Source of the DNA: an uncultured virus (IMG/VR IMGVR_UViG_3300006217_000024)
Lineage: Duplodnaviria > Heunggongvirae > Uroviricota > Caudoviricetes
Direction: 5' to 3' (one strand)
IMG/VR virus record: IMGVR_UViG_3300006217_000024
Length of the DNA: 64,000 nt
Positions 34,539-44,334 of this stretch are shown in pieces. Both the position numbers and the translations under genes were made by a program. The notes below the pieces were generated by a model that was not told the origin of the DNA, did no database searches, and was given only the letters and a program-made list of their open reading frames with translations. Within the stretch, counting starts at the first letter, position 1; each line of letters begins with the position of its first letter.

Positions 34539-37367
34539 ATGCGGACGCTGTCCATCGACATAGAGACGTATTCCCCGGCCGACCTTCCGTCGGTCGGGGT
34601 GTACAGATACGCTGCAGCGCCTGGCTTCCAGGTGCTGCTGTTCGCTTACGCGTTCGATGACGAGGCCGTGGCGGTCGTGGACACAACGCGCGAGGAGCTG
34701 CCCGATGAGGTGCTCTTCGCGCTCATGGACCCGAACGTCGAGAAGCACGCATTCAACGCTTCCTTCGAGCGCGTGTGCCTATCGCGCTACGTGGGGCTGC
34801 CCGAGGGGCAGTATCTGGACCCGGCGCAGTGGCGGTGCACGATGGTGCAGGCGGCCTACTTCGGGGCCATCGGGGGCCTGGCGAACGTCGCCCGGTTCCT
34901 CAAGGTGCCCGTGGAGAAGGACGCGGCCGGCACGCGGCTGATCAACAAGTTCTCCAAGCCCCAGAAAAAGCCGCCGGCGCGCGAAGGAGAGGACTGGGAG
35001 CGCTTCATGTCCTACTGCGTCCGCGACGTGGAGGTGGAGCGCGCCATAGCGACCGACCTCCCAGGCCCGCTGCCTGAGGAAGAGCAGGCCGTCTACGTGG
35101 CGGACCAGCGGATCAACGATAGGGGCGTGCGCATCGACCGCGCGCTGGCCGCTGCGGCCTGCGACATGGCGGAGGCGGATGCGCGCGCGGCCAAGCGCCG
35201 CCTGGCGGAGGTGACCGGCCTCGCGAACCCCAACTCCGTGGGCCAGCTCCTGGGCTGGCTGCAAGGGCGCGGATGCGCCATCGAGAACTGCGCCCGCGCC
35301 ACGCTGGAAGCGGAACTGGCGCGGCCGGACCTGGACGCGGATGCGCGCGAGGCCATCGAGCTGCGCCTGGGGTCGGCCAAGGCATCAGTGAAGAAGTACA
35401 TCGTGGCCCGAGACGCGCCAGGGACGGACGACCGCCTGCGCGGATCGTTCATGTTCTACGGCGCGGCCACGGGCCGGTGGTGTCTCACGGGCGACCACGA
35501 AGTCCTGACCTGCAACGGTTGGGTTCCTCTTGACTCGTGGAAGGGCGGAGAGATAGCGGTCTGGAACGCCGACACGGAAACGGTGTCCTTCCAATCATCC
35601 CGCGCCCTTCGATTCGAGTACGAGGGCCCGATGGTAGAGATCGAATCAAAACGGGTGTCCCAGCTGAGCACGCCGGATCACAAAATGGCGGTTTGGGACG
35701 ACACGCGTGGCTGGACGGCCAGAGCCGTGAGAAATATGCGTGCTCGGGAAAAAGTGCCCTACACGGGCTACCGTAGAGTGCAGACCGCGCCCGACCCTCT
35801 TGAGCTTAGGATCCTCGTGATGACCCAGGCCGACGGGCACTACACGAGGGAGGGAGCGCTGAGATTCCGATTCAAGCGTGAACGGAAGATCGAGCGCTGC
35901 AAGCATCTACTCCGCCGGGCTGGCATGACCCACGTCTGTCAATCAAACAAAGACGGAAGCGTGTCTATCTCCATCCGCGCCTGCCACCTCCCTGCGTACC
36001 TTCGGTTCTTCAGGAACAAGACGTTCGGCTGGTGGATCCTCAACGAGGACCCCGAGGTGTTTTTCGAGGAACTTGAGCTGTGGGACGGCAGCAGGTCATC
36101 GGACAACTCGATGCAGTACGTAACGACCAATCGACACAACGCCGAGATCGTGCAGACCTTCGCACACCTCAGTGGGAGGGCTTCATGTATCGCGGTAAAG
36201 CACCGGGATACGGAGGACTGGAGCACGGCCTACTGTGTAAACGTTTGGCACCGTCCGGGGAACCGAAACGAACTGCGCTCCGCAAGAAAGGAGATCCCGT
36301 TTTCGGGGATGGTGTACTGCGCCGAGACCCCGACGGGCTTCTTCCTCGTCCGCAGGAACCGAAAGATCTGGGTCACGGGCAACTCGGGCAGGTTGATGCA
36401 GCTGCAGAACATGCCGAGAGGGTCCCTCTCAGGCGAGGACCTGGACGCCGCCCGCGCCCTGGTGCGACAGGGTGACGCGGAGGCCGTGCGGTTGCTCTAC
36501 GGCGACGTGCAGGGCGTGCTCAAGAGCCTGGTGCGCACCACGCTGGTCCCCGAGGACGGGCACCTGTTCGCCGTGGCGGACTACTCGGCCATCGAGGCGC
36601 GCGTGCTCGCATGGCTGGCCGGCGAGGAATGGGTGCTGGAGGTCTTCCGCGGAGACGGCAAGGTCTACGAGGCCACCGCGTCCCGCATGTTCGGCGTGCC
36701 CGTCGAGCAGGTGGACAAGGCCCTGCGCGCCAAGGGCAAGGTGGCCACGCTGGCGCTCGGCTACCAGGGAGGCCCCGCCGCGCTTGAGCGCATGGGCGCG
36801 CTGGAGGCCGGCATCCCGAAAGACGAGCTCCCGAAGATCGTGCGGATGTGGCGCAACGCCAACCCGCGCATCAAGGGCCTGTGGCCGCGCGTGGAGCAGG
36901 CCGTGAGGGACGCTCTGTTGGGCCGCGGATCCTCGCGCGTCTGCATGGGGCGCGTCCGCGTGCGCAAAGCCCCCGAGGTGCGGGGCTTCGCGATCGAGCT
37001 GCCGTCAGGGCGCGAGCTCTTCTACCGCAACGCGAAGGTGCGCGATGAGGATCTGCACATCATCTATGAGGTCTGCAGCAAGGGCGCGGGCGTCCAGACC
37101 GTCGAGACCTACGGCGGCCGCCTGGTGGAGAACATCACCCAAGCGGTCGCGCGCGACCTTCTGGCCGCGAGCCTGGAGCGCGTCGAGAGGCGCGGGTATC
37201 AGCCTGTGGCCCACGTGCACGACGAGGTGGTCTGCGAGGTCCCCGAAGCGGAGGCCGAGGCGTGCCTCGACGGCATCCGCGACGCCATGTGCACGGTGCC
37301 TGCATGGGCCGAAGACCTGCCCTTGGACGCTGACGGCTACGTGTGCCAGAACTACAGGAAGGAATAG
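34539..37367 (+). CDS. Family A DNA polymerase containing an intein
   Basis: DIETYS, HAFNASFE, ATGRW, DYSAIEARV, GKVATLALGY, HVHDE. Confidence 0.95.
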   Translation: MRTLSIDIETYSPADLPSVGVYRYAAAPGFQVLLFAYAFDDEAVAVVDTTREELPDEVLFALMDPNVEKHAFNASFERVCLSRYVGLPEGQYLDPAQWRCTMVQAAYFGAIGGLANVARFLKVPVEKDAAGTRLINKFSKPQKKPPAREGEDWERFMSYCVRDVEVERAIATDLPGPLPEEEQAVYVADQRINDRGVRIDRALAAAACDMAEADARAAKRRLAEVTGLANPNSVGQLLGWLQGRGCAIENCARATLEAELARPDLDADAREAIELRLGSAKASVKKYIVARDAPGTDDRLRGSFMFYGAATGRWCLTGDHEVLTCNGWVPLDSWKGGEIAVWNADTETVSFQSSRALRFEYEGPMVEIESKRVSQLSTPDHKMAVWDDTRGWTARAVRNMRAREKVPYTGYRRVQTAPDPLELRILVMTQADGHYTREGALRFRFKRERKIERCKHLLRRAGMTHVCQSNKDGSVSISIRACHLPAYLRFFRNKTFGWWILNEDPEVFFEELELWDGSRSSDNSMQYVTTNRHNAEIVQTFAHLSGRASCIAVKHRDTEDWSTAYCVNVWHRPGNRNELRSARKEIPFSGMVYCAETPTGFFLVRRNRKIWVTGNSGRLMQLQNMPRGSLSGEDLDAARALVRQGDAEAVRLLYGDVQGVLKSLVRTTLVPEDGHLFAVADYSAIEARVLAWLAGEEWVLEVFRGDGKVYEATASRMFGVPVEQVDKALRAKGKVATLALGYQGGPAALERMGALEAGIPKDELPKIVRMWRNANPRIKGLWPRVEQAVRDALLGRGSSRVCMGRVRVRKAPEVRGFAIELPSGRELFYRNAKVRDEDLHIIYEVCSKGAGVQTVETYGGRLVENITQAVARDLLAASLERVERRGYQPVAHVHDEVVCEVPEAEAEACLDGIRDAMCTVPAWAEDLPLDADGYVCQNYRKE
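35481..36383 (+). mobile_element. Intein (301 aa) with LAGLIDADG-like homing endonuclease
   Basis: Starts CLTGDHEVLT, STPDH block B, MTQADG and ELWDG, ends VYCAE...IWVTGN followed by Ser; removal restores ATGRWSGR. Confidence 0.92.
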
Positions 37368-37369
37368 CC

Positions 37370-39757
37370 GTGGAACGCATCTACACCTTGTCCACCGCCA
37401 GGTCGTCCAAGGCCTCTTCCTGGAAGCGCCGTAGCTTCACGTGGGACGCGCTCGTGGAGCGCTTCTGCGAGGTGCGGCGCACCGAAGAGACCTGCGCCGA
37501 GTTCGACGCCGCGCCCAAGCGCGAGCGGGACGCCATCAAGGACGGACCGGCCTTCGTGGCCGGCTCCCTCAAGGACGGCCGCCGGCGCAAGGGATGCGTG
37601 GAGGCGCGCTCTTGCGTCGTCCTGGACGCGGATGCGTCGGATGCGGAGCTGATGGGCGATTGGCGGATGCTCGTGGGGGACGCGGCCATCCTCTACCCCA
37701 CCCACTCCTCTCGTCCCGGTGCGCTCAAGCACCGGCTTGTGGTCCCGCTCTCGCGCGACGTGAGCGCGGACGAGTACGTGCCGCTGGCCATGAAGCTGGC
37801 CGAGACGCTGGGGCTCGCGCGCTTCGACGCTACGACCTACCAGCCCGAGCGTCTCATGTACTTCCCGAGCGCCTCGGCCGACGCTGAAGCATCCGTGGAG
37901 GTCTGCGAGGGCGATCCGTTGGATCCGGACGAGTGGCTCGCGACCTATGAGAACTGGCGGGACGCGAGCACGTGGCTCGTGCAGCCCAAGGGGGCGGAAC
38001 GGCACGCTGAGAAAGCGCCGGACCCGCGCAACAAGAGGGGGGCCGTGGGCGCGTTCTGCCGGGCGTATCCGGTAGAGGCGGCCATAGAGGAGTTCCTGGG
38101 CGAGGTCTACGCGCCAGCGGGACGAGAGGGGCGCTACACCTACCTGGGCGGCACGTCGGTGGCGGGCGTCGCGTGCTACTCGGGCCTCTGGGCCTATTCC
38201 AACCACGCCACCGACCCTGCCGGCGGAAAGCTCGCAAACGCGTTCGACCTGGTGAGGGTGCACAGATACGGGGACCTGGACGAGGATTCCCCCGAGGATG
38301 CGCCCGTGACGGCTCTGCCGTCCTACAGCGCCATGTGCGAGTGGGCGGCCGGTCTGGACCCGGTGGCCGTGGAGCTCGCGCGCGGCGCCGCCGAAGCTGC
38401 CGCTGAGGACTTCGCGGATGACGTGGAGGACGAAGCGGAAGCTGACGACGCCTGGAAGGCGAAGCTGGCCACGAACGCCAAGACGGGAGCGCTTGAGCAG
38501 TCAGCGGGCAACATCGCCCTCATCTTCGAGAACGACCGGGGCCTGGCGAACAAGCTCTGGCGCGATGTGGAGAGCAGGGCGATCTGGGTGCGCGGCAAGC
38601 GCTTGCCTTGGAGACCCATAGAGAAGGGCGCGGATCTCTGGTCAGACGAGGACGATGCACAGCTGCGCCCATACCTGGAGATCCGCTATGGCTTCACTGC
38701 CAAGGCGAAGATAGACGACGCGGTGAGCTGCGAAGCGGACAAGAGGCCCTATGACCCTCTGCGCGAGAAGCTGGGGGCGCTGCCTGAGTGGGACGGCATC
38801 GAGCGCCTGGACACGCTGCTGATAGACGCACTGGGCGCTGAGGACTGCGAGTACACCCGCCAAGTGACCCGCAAGATGCTTGCAGGTGCCGTGGCCCGGG
38901 CACTAGAGCCTGGATGCAAATGGGACTTCATGCTGATCCTGGAGGGCGCACAGGGCCTCGGGAAGTCTTCGCTGTGGGAGCTGCTTGCAGGGGAAGAGTT
39001 CTTCACGGACAGTCTCACGCTCAGAGACGTCGAAAGCCCGAAGGTCGCAGGCGAGAAGATCCGCGGCAAGTGGATCGTCGAAGTGGCCGAACTGGACGGA
39101 ATGGCCAAGGCCTCCATCGAGCGCTTGAAAGGATGGCTCACGACCAAGGCGGACAACTACCGCGCCGCCTATGCGAGGCGTGCCGCTGTTTACAAGCGCC
39201 GTTGCATAGTGGTCGGCACGGTCAACAACCTGGATGGCTATCTGCGCGATCCGACCGGCAGCCGCCGCTTTTGGCCCGTGGAGGCGGCATCCGCGCTGAA
39301 CCGCGCGCTGCTGACACCCGATTACATAGCACAGGTATGGGCGGAGGCCAGAGCCGCATACGAAGCGGGCGAGAAGCTATACCTCGAAGGAGCGGCGGAA
39401 AAACAAGCGAAGGTGCAACAGCGCAAAGCCATGGAGACTGATCCGCGTGAGGCTGACGTGAGAAGGTACCTAGAAGCACCAGTGCCCCCTGACTTCGATT
39501 CGTGGTCAGAGGAGGACCGAGAGGCCTTCTGGGAGGCCGAGAGCGAGCCTCGGGAAGGCTGGGAGCCACGTACGCAGATAACCATCATGGAGATCTGGCA
39601 CGAGGGCCTGAAGCAACCCCGTTACAAACCGGAGCGACCGGACAGCTTCAAGATAAAGGCCATCTTATCGAGGCTCGGTTGGGGTCCAACGGGAAGAACC
39701 AAGAGCCTCAGGGCCTACGGAAAAGCGAAGGCGTATCAACCGGAAACGGACGCTTAG
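37370..39757 (+). CDS. Primase-helicase (VapE / virulence-associated E family)
   Basis: VLDAD, THSS primase part; EGAQGLGKS, WIVEVAEL, GTVN, DPTGSRRFWP. Confidence 0.9.
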   Translation: MERIYTLSTARSSKASSWKRRSFTWDALVERFCEVRRTEETCAEFDAAPKRERDAIKDGPAFVAGSLKDGRRRKGCVEARSCVVLDADASDAELMGDWRMLVGDAAILYPTHSSRPGALKHRLVVPLSRDVSADEYVPLAMKLAETLGLARFDATTYQPERLMYFPSASADAEASVEVCEGDPLDPDEWLATYENWRDASTWLVQPKGAERHAEKAPDPRNKRGAVGAFCRAYPVEAAIEEFLGEVYAPAGREGRYTYLGGTSVAGVACYSGLWAYSNHATDPAGGKLANAFDLVRVHRYGDLDEDSPEDAPVTALPSYSAMCEWAAGLDPVAVELARGAAEAAAEDFADDVEDEAEADDAWKAKLATNAKTGALEQSAGNIALIFENDRGLANKLWRDVESRAIWVRGKRLPWRPIEKGADLWSDEDDAQLRPYLEIRYGFTAKAKIDDAVSCEADKRPYDPLREKLGALPEWDGIERLDTLLIDALGAEDCEYTRQVTRKMLAGAVARALEPGCKWDFMLILEGAQGLGKSSLWELLAGEEFFTDSLTLRDVESPKVAGEKIRGKWIVEVAELDGMAKASIERLKGWLTTKADNYRAAYARRAAVYKRRCIVVGTVNNLDGYLRDPTGSRRFWPVEAASALNRALLTPDYIAQVWAEARAAYEAGEKLYLEGAAEKQAKVQQRKAMETDPREADVRRYLEAPVPPDFDSWSEEDREAFWEAESEPREGWEPRTQITIMEIWHEGLKQPRYKPERPDSFKIKAILSRLGWGPTGRTKSLRAYGKAKAYQPETDA

Positions 39758-39790
39758 TTCCCCCGAAAGCGAAAGGAGAGTCGGATGACG

Positions 39791-40045
39791 GAACCAAAGA
39801 ACCAGAGAACCAAGAAAGCGAACAGCCCGCGCAAGCTCTTTTCGAGAACTGCCGCTTTTAGTTACCCACTCGGTGGCGGAAACGGTTGTGAAAGAATCGC
39901 CCGTTCAGAGCAAGGAAAACAAAGACACAGAACCAAAGAACCAAAATCTTTATTTAATAAAGTTATTAGTAATAGAGAAATACCCCATACACGCATATAC
40001 GCGTATGGGGTATATAGGGGCCCCGGTTCCCGGTTCTCGGTTCCT
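39791..40045. other. Candidate phage replication origin
   Basis: GAACC iterons, AT-rich tract, 10-bp inverted repeat, opposed GGTTC repeats, directly after primase-helicase. Confidence 0.6.
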
Positions 40046-40077
40046 CTACCCCGCGCTACAGCAGGGAGGTGGTCCTG

Positions 40078-40404
40078 ATGGGAAATGCCCAAGTGATCAT
40101 GACGATGCTCCAAGCCCGCTTCATGTGCGAAAGCGTTGAGGCGGTTGAGCGGGGCGCAAAGGTCTACTGGCTCCAAGACGCAGAAGAGTGGCTTGAGGAC
40201 TTCCCCAATTGTGCGGTGCTATTCCCGGACGGGTGTGTCGATTTCCTCGTGATCCACCCGGGCGTAAAACCGGACGACGTGGACGAGGATCAGCAGAAGT
40301 GGTTCAGGGGCACCCATCACCCCCTGCGCTTCATCCCTAGCCCCGCGTCTGCAGAGAGCTACTGGCGCGAAGCCGCACGCCACCTCGAAGAGGAACGAGC
40401 ATGA
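40078..40404 (+). CDS. Degenerate VRR-NUC-like protein
   Basis: GGGAGGTG RBS; aligns by eye with next gene (FPDG/MPDG, HP, SA..W). Confidence 0.55.
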   Translation: MGNAQVIMTMLQARFMCESVEAVERGAKVYWLQDAEEWLEDFPNCAVLFPDGCVDFLVIHPGVKPDDVDEDQQKWFRGTHHPLRFIPSPASAESYWREAARHLEEERA

Positions 40405-40700
40405 GCTTCGTCACTGAGCGAGATGTGGAGCGCGCCTTCGTAAGAGGGGCCGACCGTGCGGGGGCTCGTGCAGTGAAGCTGGCGTGCCCATCGACCGCTG
40501 GGCTGCCGGATCGCATCGCCTTCATGCCCGACGGCTCCATCCGCTTCGTGGAACTCAAGGCCCCGGGCAAACGGCCGCGCCCCTTGCAGATCCGCCAATT
40601 CGAGCGCCTGGCCGAGCGCGGACACCCTGTAGAGATCATCGATTCGCTGGAGAGCGCGCAAGCGTTCTGGGAGGACCTGCGAGGGGGTGATGAGTCGTGA
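40401..40700 (+). CDS. VRR-NUC nuclease (Holliday junction resolvase-like)
   Basis: ERDVE, GLPDRI, FVELKAPG, RPLQ. Confidence 0.92.
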   Translation: MSFVTERDVERAFVRGADRAGARAVKLACPSTAGLPDRIAFMPDGSIRFVELKAPGKRPRPLQIRQFERLAERGHPVEIIDSLESAQAFWEDLRGGDES

Positions 40701-42055
40701 AAGCGAAATTGCACCCATATCAGGAGCGCGCAGTGAGTTTCTTGCGCGAGCGGGCAGAAGCCGCCTTGCTCCTCGATATGGGCCTTTGACCCGGCAAGAC
40801 CCTGATCGCGCTCACGGCCCTGCAGGACCTGCGGACGCTGGGCGAGGACGTGGGCAAGGCCCTGGTGATCGCGCCGCTGATGCCCGCCAAGCACACCTGG
40901 CCGACCGAGGCGGCGAAGTGGGACCACACGAAGGATCTGCGCGTATCGCTGGTGATGGGCACGACGAAGGAGCGCGAGCGCGCCGTCCGTGCATCGGCCG
41001 ACCTCTACGTGGTCAACCGCGAGAACGTGGTCTGGCTCACGGAGACGTTCGGGCGGGCGTGGCCCTTCCCCACCGTGATCGTGGACGAGCTGTCCAGCTT
41101 CAAGAACCGCACCTCCAAGCGCTTCAAGGCGCTGCGCCGGATGCGGCCGAAGATCCGCCGCATCTGGGGCCTCACGGGAACGCCGGCACCCAACGGCCTC
41201 ATGGACCTCTGGGCGCAGATGAACCTCATCGACTGCGGCGAGCGGCTGGGGCGGCGCATCGGGCAGTACCGGGAGCGCTACTTCGTGCCGGGGGCCAGGA
41301 ACGGCCACGTCGTCTACGACTGGGCGCTGAGGCCAGGGGCGGAGACGGCCATCTACGAGCGGATCGCGGACGCGGCCCTGTCCATGCGCGCGGCGGACGA
41401 GCTGCGCCTGCCGGGCCGCGTGGACAACGCGGTGGAGGTCCGTCTCACGGAGGCGCAGATGCGCGCCTACCGCGCTTTCGAGCGCGACCAGGTGGCCGAC
41501 TTCGGGGACCAGGAGGTGACGGCGGCCTCCGCCGCGTCCCTGGCGAACAAGCTCCTGCAGTGGGCCGGCGGGGCCGTCTACGACGACGAGGGCGGATGGG
41601 CGGAAGTGCACGGCGCCAAGATCGAGGCGCTGCGCGCCATCGTGGAGGAGGCGCAGGGCCAGCCGGTGCTGGTCTTCTACGCCTACCGCCACGACCTGGA
41701 GCGCATCAAGGCCGCCATCCCTGGCGCGCACGTCCTGGACGCGGGAGGCTCCGGGCTGGTGCGGAAATGGAACGCGGGCAGGATCCCCGTCCTCCTGGCG
41801 CACCCGCTGCAAGCGGGCCACGGCCTGAACCTGCAGCACGGAGGCCACACCATCGTGTGGTTCGGCCTCACCTGGAGCCTGGAGGCCTACCTGCAGGCGA
41901 ACGCGCGCCTGGACCGGCAAGGGCAGAAGGACTGCGTGATCGTCCACCACCTCATAGCGAAGGGCACGGCGGACGAGCGCGTGATGGAGGTCCTGCAGGG
42001 CAAGCAGACCCTGCAGGACGCGATGATGGACGCCCTCAAGGGCGAGAGAGGATAG
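40697..42055 (+). pseudogene. SNF2-family helicase interrupted by in-frame TGA (40787-40789) in motif I
   Basis: LHPYQ...LDMGL*PGKT, IVDELS, GLTGTP, AGHGLNLQ, QANARLDRQGQ all in one frame. Confidence 0.85.
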
Positions 42056-42060
42056 ACGAC

Positions 42061-42309
42061 ATGAGCGGGATACGGAATACGATGGGTGACCTCAACGACC
42101 ACCTGTTCGCCGCACTCGAGCGGCTGGGCGATGAGGGACTGGAGGGCGAGGCCCTGGAAGCTGAGATCGAGAGGTCAAAGGCCGTGGCCGAGATAGGGCG
42201 AGCGGCCATCGAGAACGCGAACCTGGTCTTGCGCGCTGCGCAGTTCCAGGAGAACCGCCTCTCGGACGGAGAGCTGCCGCGGATGCTGGGGGATGGCCGA
42301 GATGCGTAG
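42061..42309 (+). CDS. Conserved small phage protein preceding HNH gene
   Basis: DLNDHLFAALERL...EIERSKAV; GAGGA RBS. Confidence 0.75.
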   Translation: MSGIRNTMGDLNDHLFAALERLGDEGLEGEALEAEIERSKAVAEIGRAAIENANLVLRAAQFQENRLSDGELPRMLGDGRDA

Positions 42310-43306
42310 GAAGACAGCCGAAGAGGTCTCCTGGCTGGAGGAGCATGTCCCCAAGGCTCCAGCGCACGAAGTGCGAGAGGCGTTCCGAGAGAGGTTCGAA
42401 TGGGCCCCTGGCGTCCACGCGCTTCAGGTCTGGGCTTCCAAGCGAGGCCTGCGCTTCGGCAGGTGGGGGGACCCCGCACAGAACCGTGCCGTGCATATCG
42501 TCCGCTGGTCCCAAGAGCCTGAGATGGAGGCTTGGATGCTGGAGAACGACCAGGGGCGCACGACAGGCGAGATATCCCGGATGTTCGAGGTGCGCTTCGG
42601 ATTCCCCCTCTCGCAAGCCCAAGTATCGCTCTTCCGCTCTTCCCACGGCACGCAGTCGCGTCGGAGCCATGGAGGCGGCCATCCATCCGTACCCGTGGGC
42701 ACAGAGCGTGCGAGCAAGGACGGCTATCTCAAGGTCAAGGTCCGAGAGAAGCCGATCGTGCCCCAGTCCAAGGACAACTGGCAATTCAAGCATTGGATCG
42801 CATGGGAGGAAGCCAACGGGCAAGAGGTGCCAGAAGGATGGACGGTGCTCTTCGTGGATGGGGACACGCGCAACTTCGCACCCGACAACCTCTATGCCCT
42901 CCCCCGCACCTACATGGCGCAGCTGAACGGGCTTCGCCCCGAGGAGGGCTGGCCTGACCGCGAGACGCTCGAGGCGGCCGTATCCACGGTAAAGCTGTCC
43001 CTAGCCATCACGGATGCGAAGAACCGGCCCCGACCCTGCGCGATCTGCGGTGAGATGTTCACGCCGGACCCAGGCAATCGCTACAGTTGGCAGAAGACCT
43101 GCCGTGCCTGTCTGGATGCGGGGCATAAGAGCAGATCGCCTAAGCAAGGCCGAGGCATCTGCGAGAAGTGCGGGATAACCTACGAGAAGCACGTGAGGCG
43201 ACAGCGATTCTGCTCTGACTGCTCTGACTGCTCGTCAGCGAGGAGCCATCGGAAGCACACCCCCGCAACTCCCCCAGCCCCTCGCGCGAAGGGAGGTAGC
43301 GCATGA
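42302..43306 (+). CDS. HNH endonuclease-like protein with C-terminal zinc fingers
   Basis: PVGTER..KDGY, KHWIAWE, FVDGDTRNFAPDNL, several CxxC. Confidence 0.8.
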   Translation: MRRKTAEEVSWLEEHVPKAPAHEVREAFRERFEWAPGVHALQVWASKRGLRFGRWGDPAQNRAVHIVRWSQEPEMEAWMLENDQGRTTGEISRMFEVRFGFPLSQAQVSLFRSSHGTQSRRSHGGGHPSVPVGTERASKDGYLKVKVREKPIVPQSKDNWQFKHWIAWEEANGQEVPEGWTVLFVDGDTRNFAPDNLYALPRTYMAQLNGLRPEEGWPDRETLEAAVSTVKLSLAITDAKNRPRPCAICGEMFTPDPGNRYSWQKTCRACLDAGHKSRSPKQGRGICEKCGITYEKHVRRQRFCSDCSDCSSARSHRKHTPATPPAPRAKGGSA

Positions 43307-43620
43307 TCTGCTACGGGAACAACTGCAACGCAGGAAGCATCCACAGGAACACGCAGACCGTCTGCGGCGCTGGCGCACCAGCACCTTCGATGCCGCCTCT
43401 GCCGCTGGCCCCTCCCACAACCTGCCGCGACGGCAGGAAGCGCTATCGCGGCCGGGCGGTCATCTGCGTCGAGACGGGGCAGAGGTTCGAGAGCCTCGCC
43501 CAGGCGGCAGAGGCATGCGGCATCGGGTACGCGAACGTGGCTCGGGCGGTCAGCCCAGACTGCCCATATCGCAAGACAGCCGGGGGATACCACTGGACGT
43601 ACACAGGAAAGGAATCGTGA
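43303..43620 (+). CDS. NUMOD1-like DNA-binding protein
   Basis: VICVETGQRFESLAQAA...KTAGGYHW. Confidence 0.7.
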   Translation: MICYGNNCNAGSIHRNTQTVCGAGAPAPSMPPLPLAPPTTCRDGRKRYRGRAVICVETGQRFESLAQAAEACGIGYANVARAVSPDCPYRKTAGGYHWTYTGKES

Positions 43621-43961
43621 TGATATACATCGCCGGGCCCGTCACGGGATATGAGGATGACAACCGGCCAGCATTCGAGGAGGCGCGAAGGGCGCTCAAG
43701 GCGCGAGGGTGCCTCGACGTGCGCATACCACACGACTTCGTACCAGAAGGGGCCGCATGGAGCCATGCGATGCGTCGCTGCATCAAGGAGCTGACCGACG
43801 CCGACGCGTTGGTCTTCTTGCCTGGATCTTGCGACAGCCGCGGAGCGAGCCTGGAGAGCGCGATCGCGAGGGAGCTGGGCATCCCAGCCTTCAGCTTGTG
43901 GGAGGCGCTTAGAACGCCTGGAAGATGCCACATGACAGAAGGAGACCAAGATGCGGAATAG
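43620..43961 (+). CDS. DUF4406-like protein
   Basis: IYIAGPVTG...NRPAF, SRGASLE. Confidence 0.8.
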   Translation: MIYIAGPVTGYEDDNRPAFEEARRALKARGCLDVRIPHDFVPEGAAWSHAMRRCIKELTDADALVFLPGSCDSRGASLESAIARELGIPAFSLWEALRTPGRCHMTEGDQDAE

Positions 43962-44169
43962 ATTTTCTGGCACGTGCTACAAGTGCGGATGCCATGTCCC
44001 GGTCGGCTATGGATTCTTCGAGCGATGCGAAGGAGGTCGGACGAAATGGCGGGTACAGTGCGTGAGATGCGCTGATGGCCGCGAGGTGGGACCGGATGAC
44101 CCAGAGGTCCTTCGCGCTCAACGGCTTCGTGCGAGAAGCCTCGCCAGGAAGGCGGGTGGCGCGAAATGA
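43951..44169 (+). CDS. Small zinc-binding protein
   Basis: MRNRFSGTCYKCG...CVRC; AAGGAG RBS. Confidence 0.65.
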   Translation: MRNRFSGTCYKCGCHVPVGYGFFERCEGGRTKWRVQCVRCADGREVGPDDPEVLRAQRLRARSLARKAGGAK

Positions 44170-44173
44170 GCGA

Positions 44174-44192
44174 GTGACGCCAGGCGCATCAT
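44174..44192 (+). promoter_or_regulatory. Candidate late promoter GTGACGC-CAGGCGC-ATCAT
   Basis: Repeated at 44308, 49513, 59786, 62113. Confidence 0.65.
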
Positions 44193-44198
44193 GGCGCT

Positions 44199-44295
44199 AG
44201 GCGCTCGGGAACGGAGCCGACCAGCACGATCGACCGAGCGCCCCTCTCTCGAACCGCCCCGGGCACCCTCCTGACGCTCGGGGCGGTCGTGCGTT
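44199..44295 (+). ncRNA. Candidate two-hairpin small RNA
   Basis: Stems 44200-44242 and 44253-44287 between two promoter motifs; CCCTCCT in loop. Confidence 0.4.
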
Positions 44296-44307
44296 CGCGA
44301 GCGTCCG

Positions 44308-44326
44308 GTGACGCCAGGCGCATCAT
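44308..44326 (+). promoter_or_regulatory. Candidate late promoter for terminase
   Basis: GTGACGC-CAGGCGC-ATCAT; ATG 9 nt downstream without SD. Confidence 0.65.
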
Positions 44327-44334
44327 GTCCAGCC

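Noticed and set aside
40787..40789. Selenocysteine at the in-frame TGA
   Set aside because: The position is a two-codon insertion in Walker A, not a Cys site, and I see no convincing SECIS
40784..40790. prfB-type +1 frameshift at CTTTGAC
   Set aside because: The helicase continues in the same frame; the +1 frame stops within five codons
40687..42060. 540-aa ORF 40687-42309 as one gene
   Set aside because: Arg/Gly/Pro-rich shadow frame of the helicase; only 42061-42309 looks real
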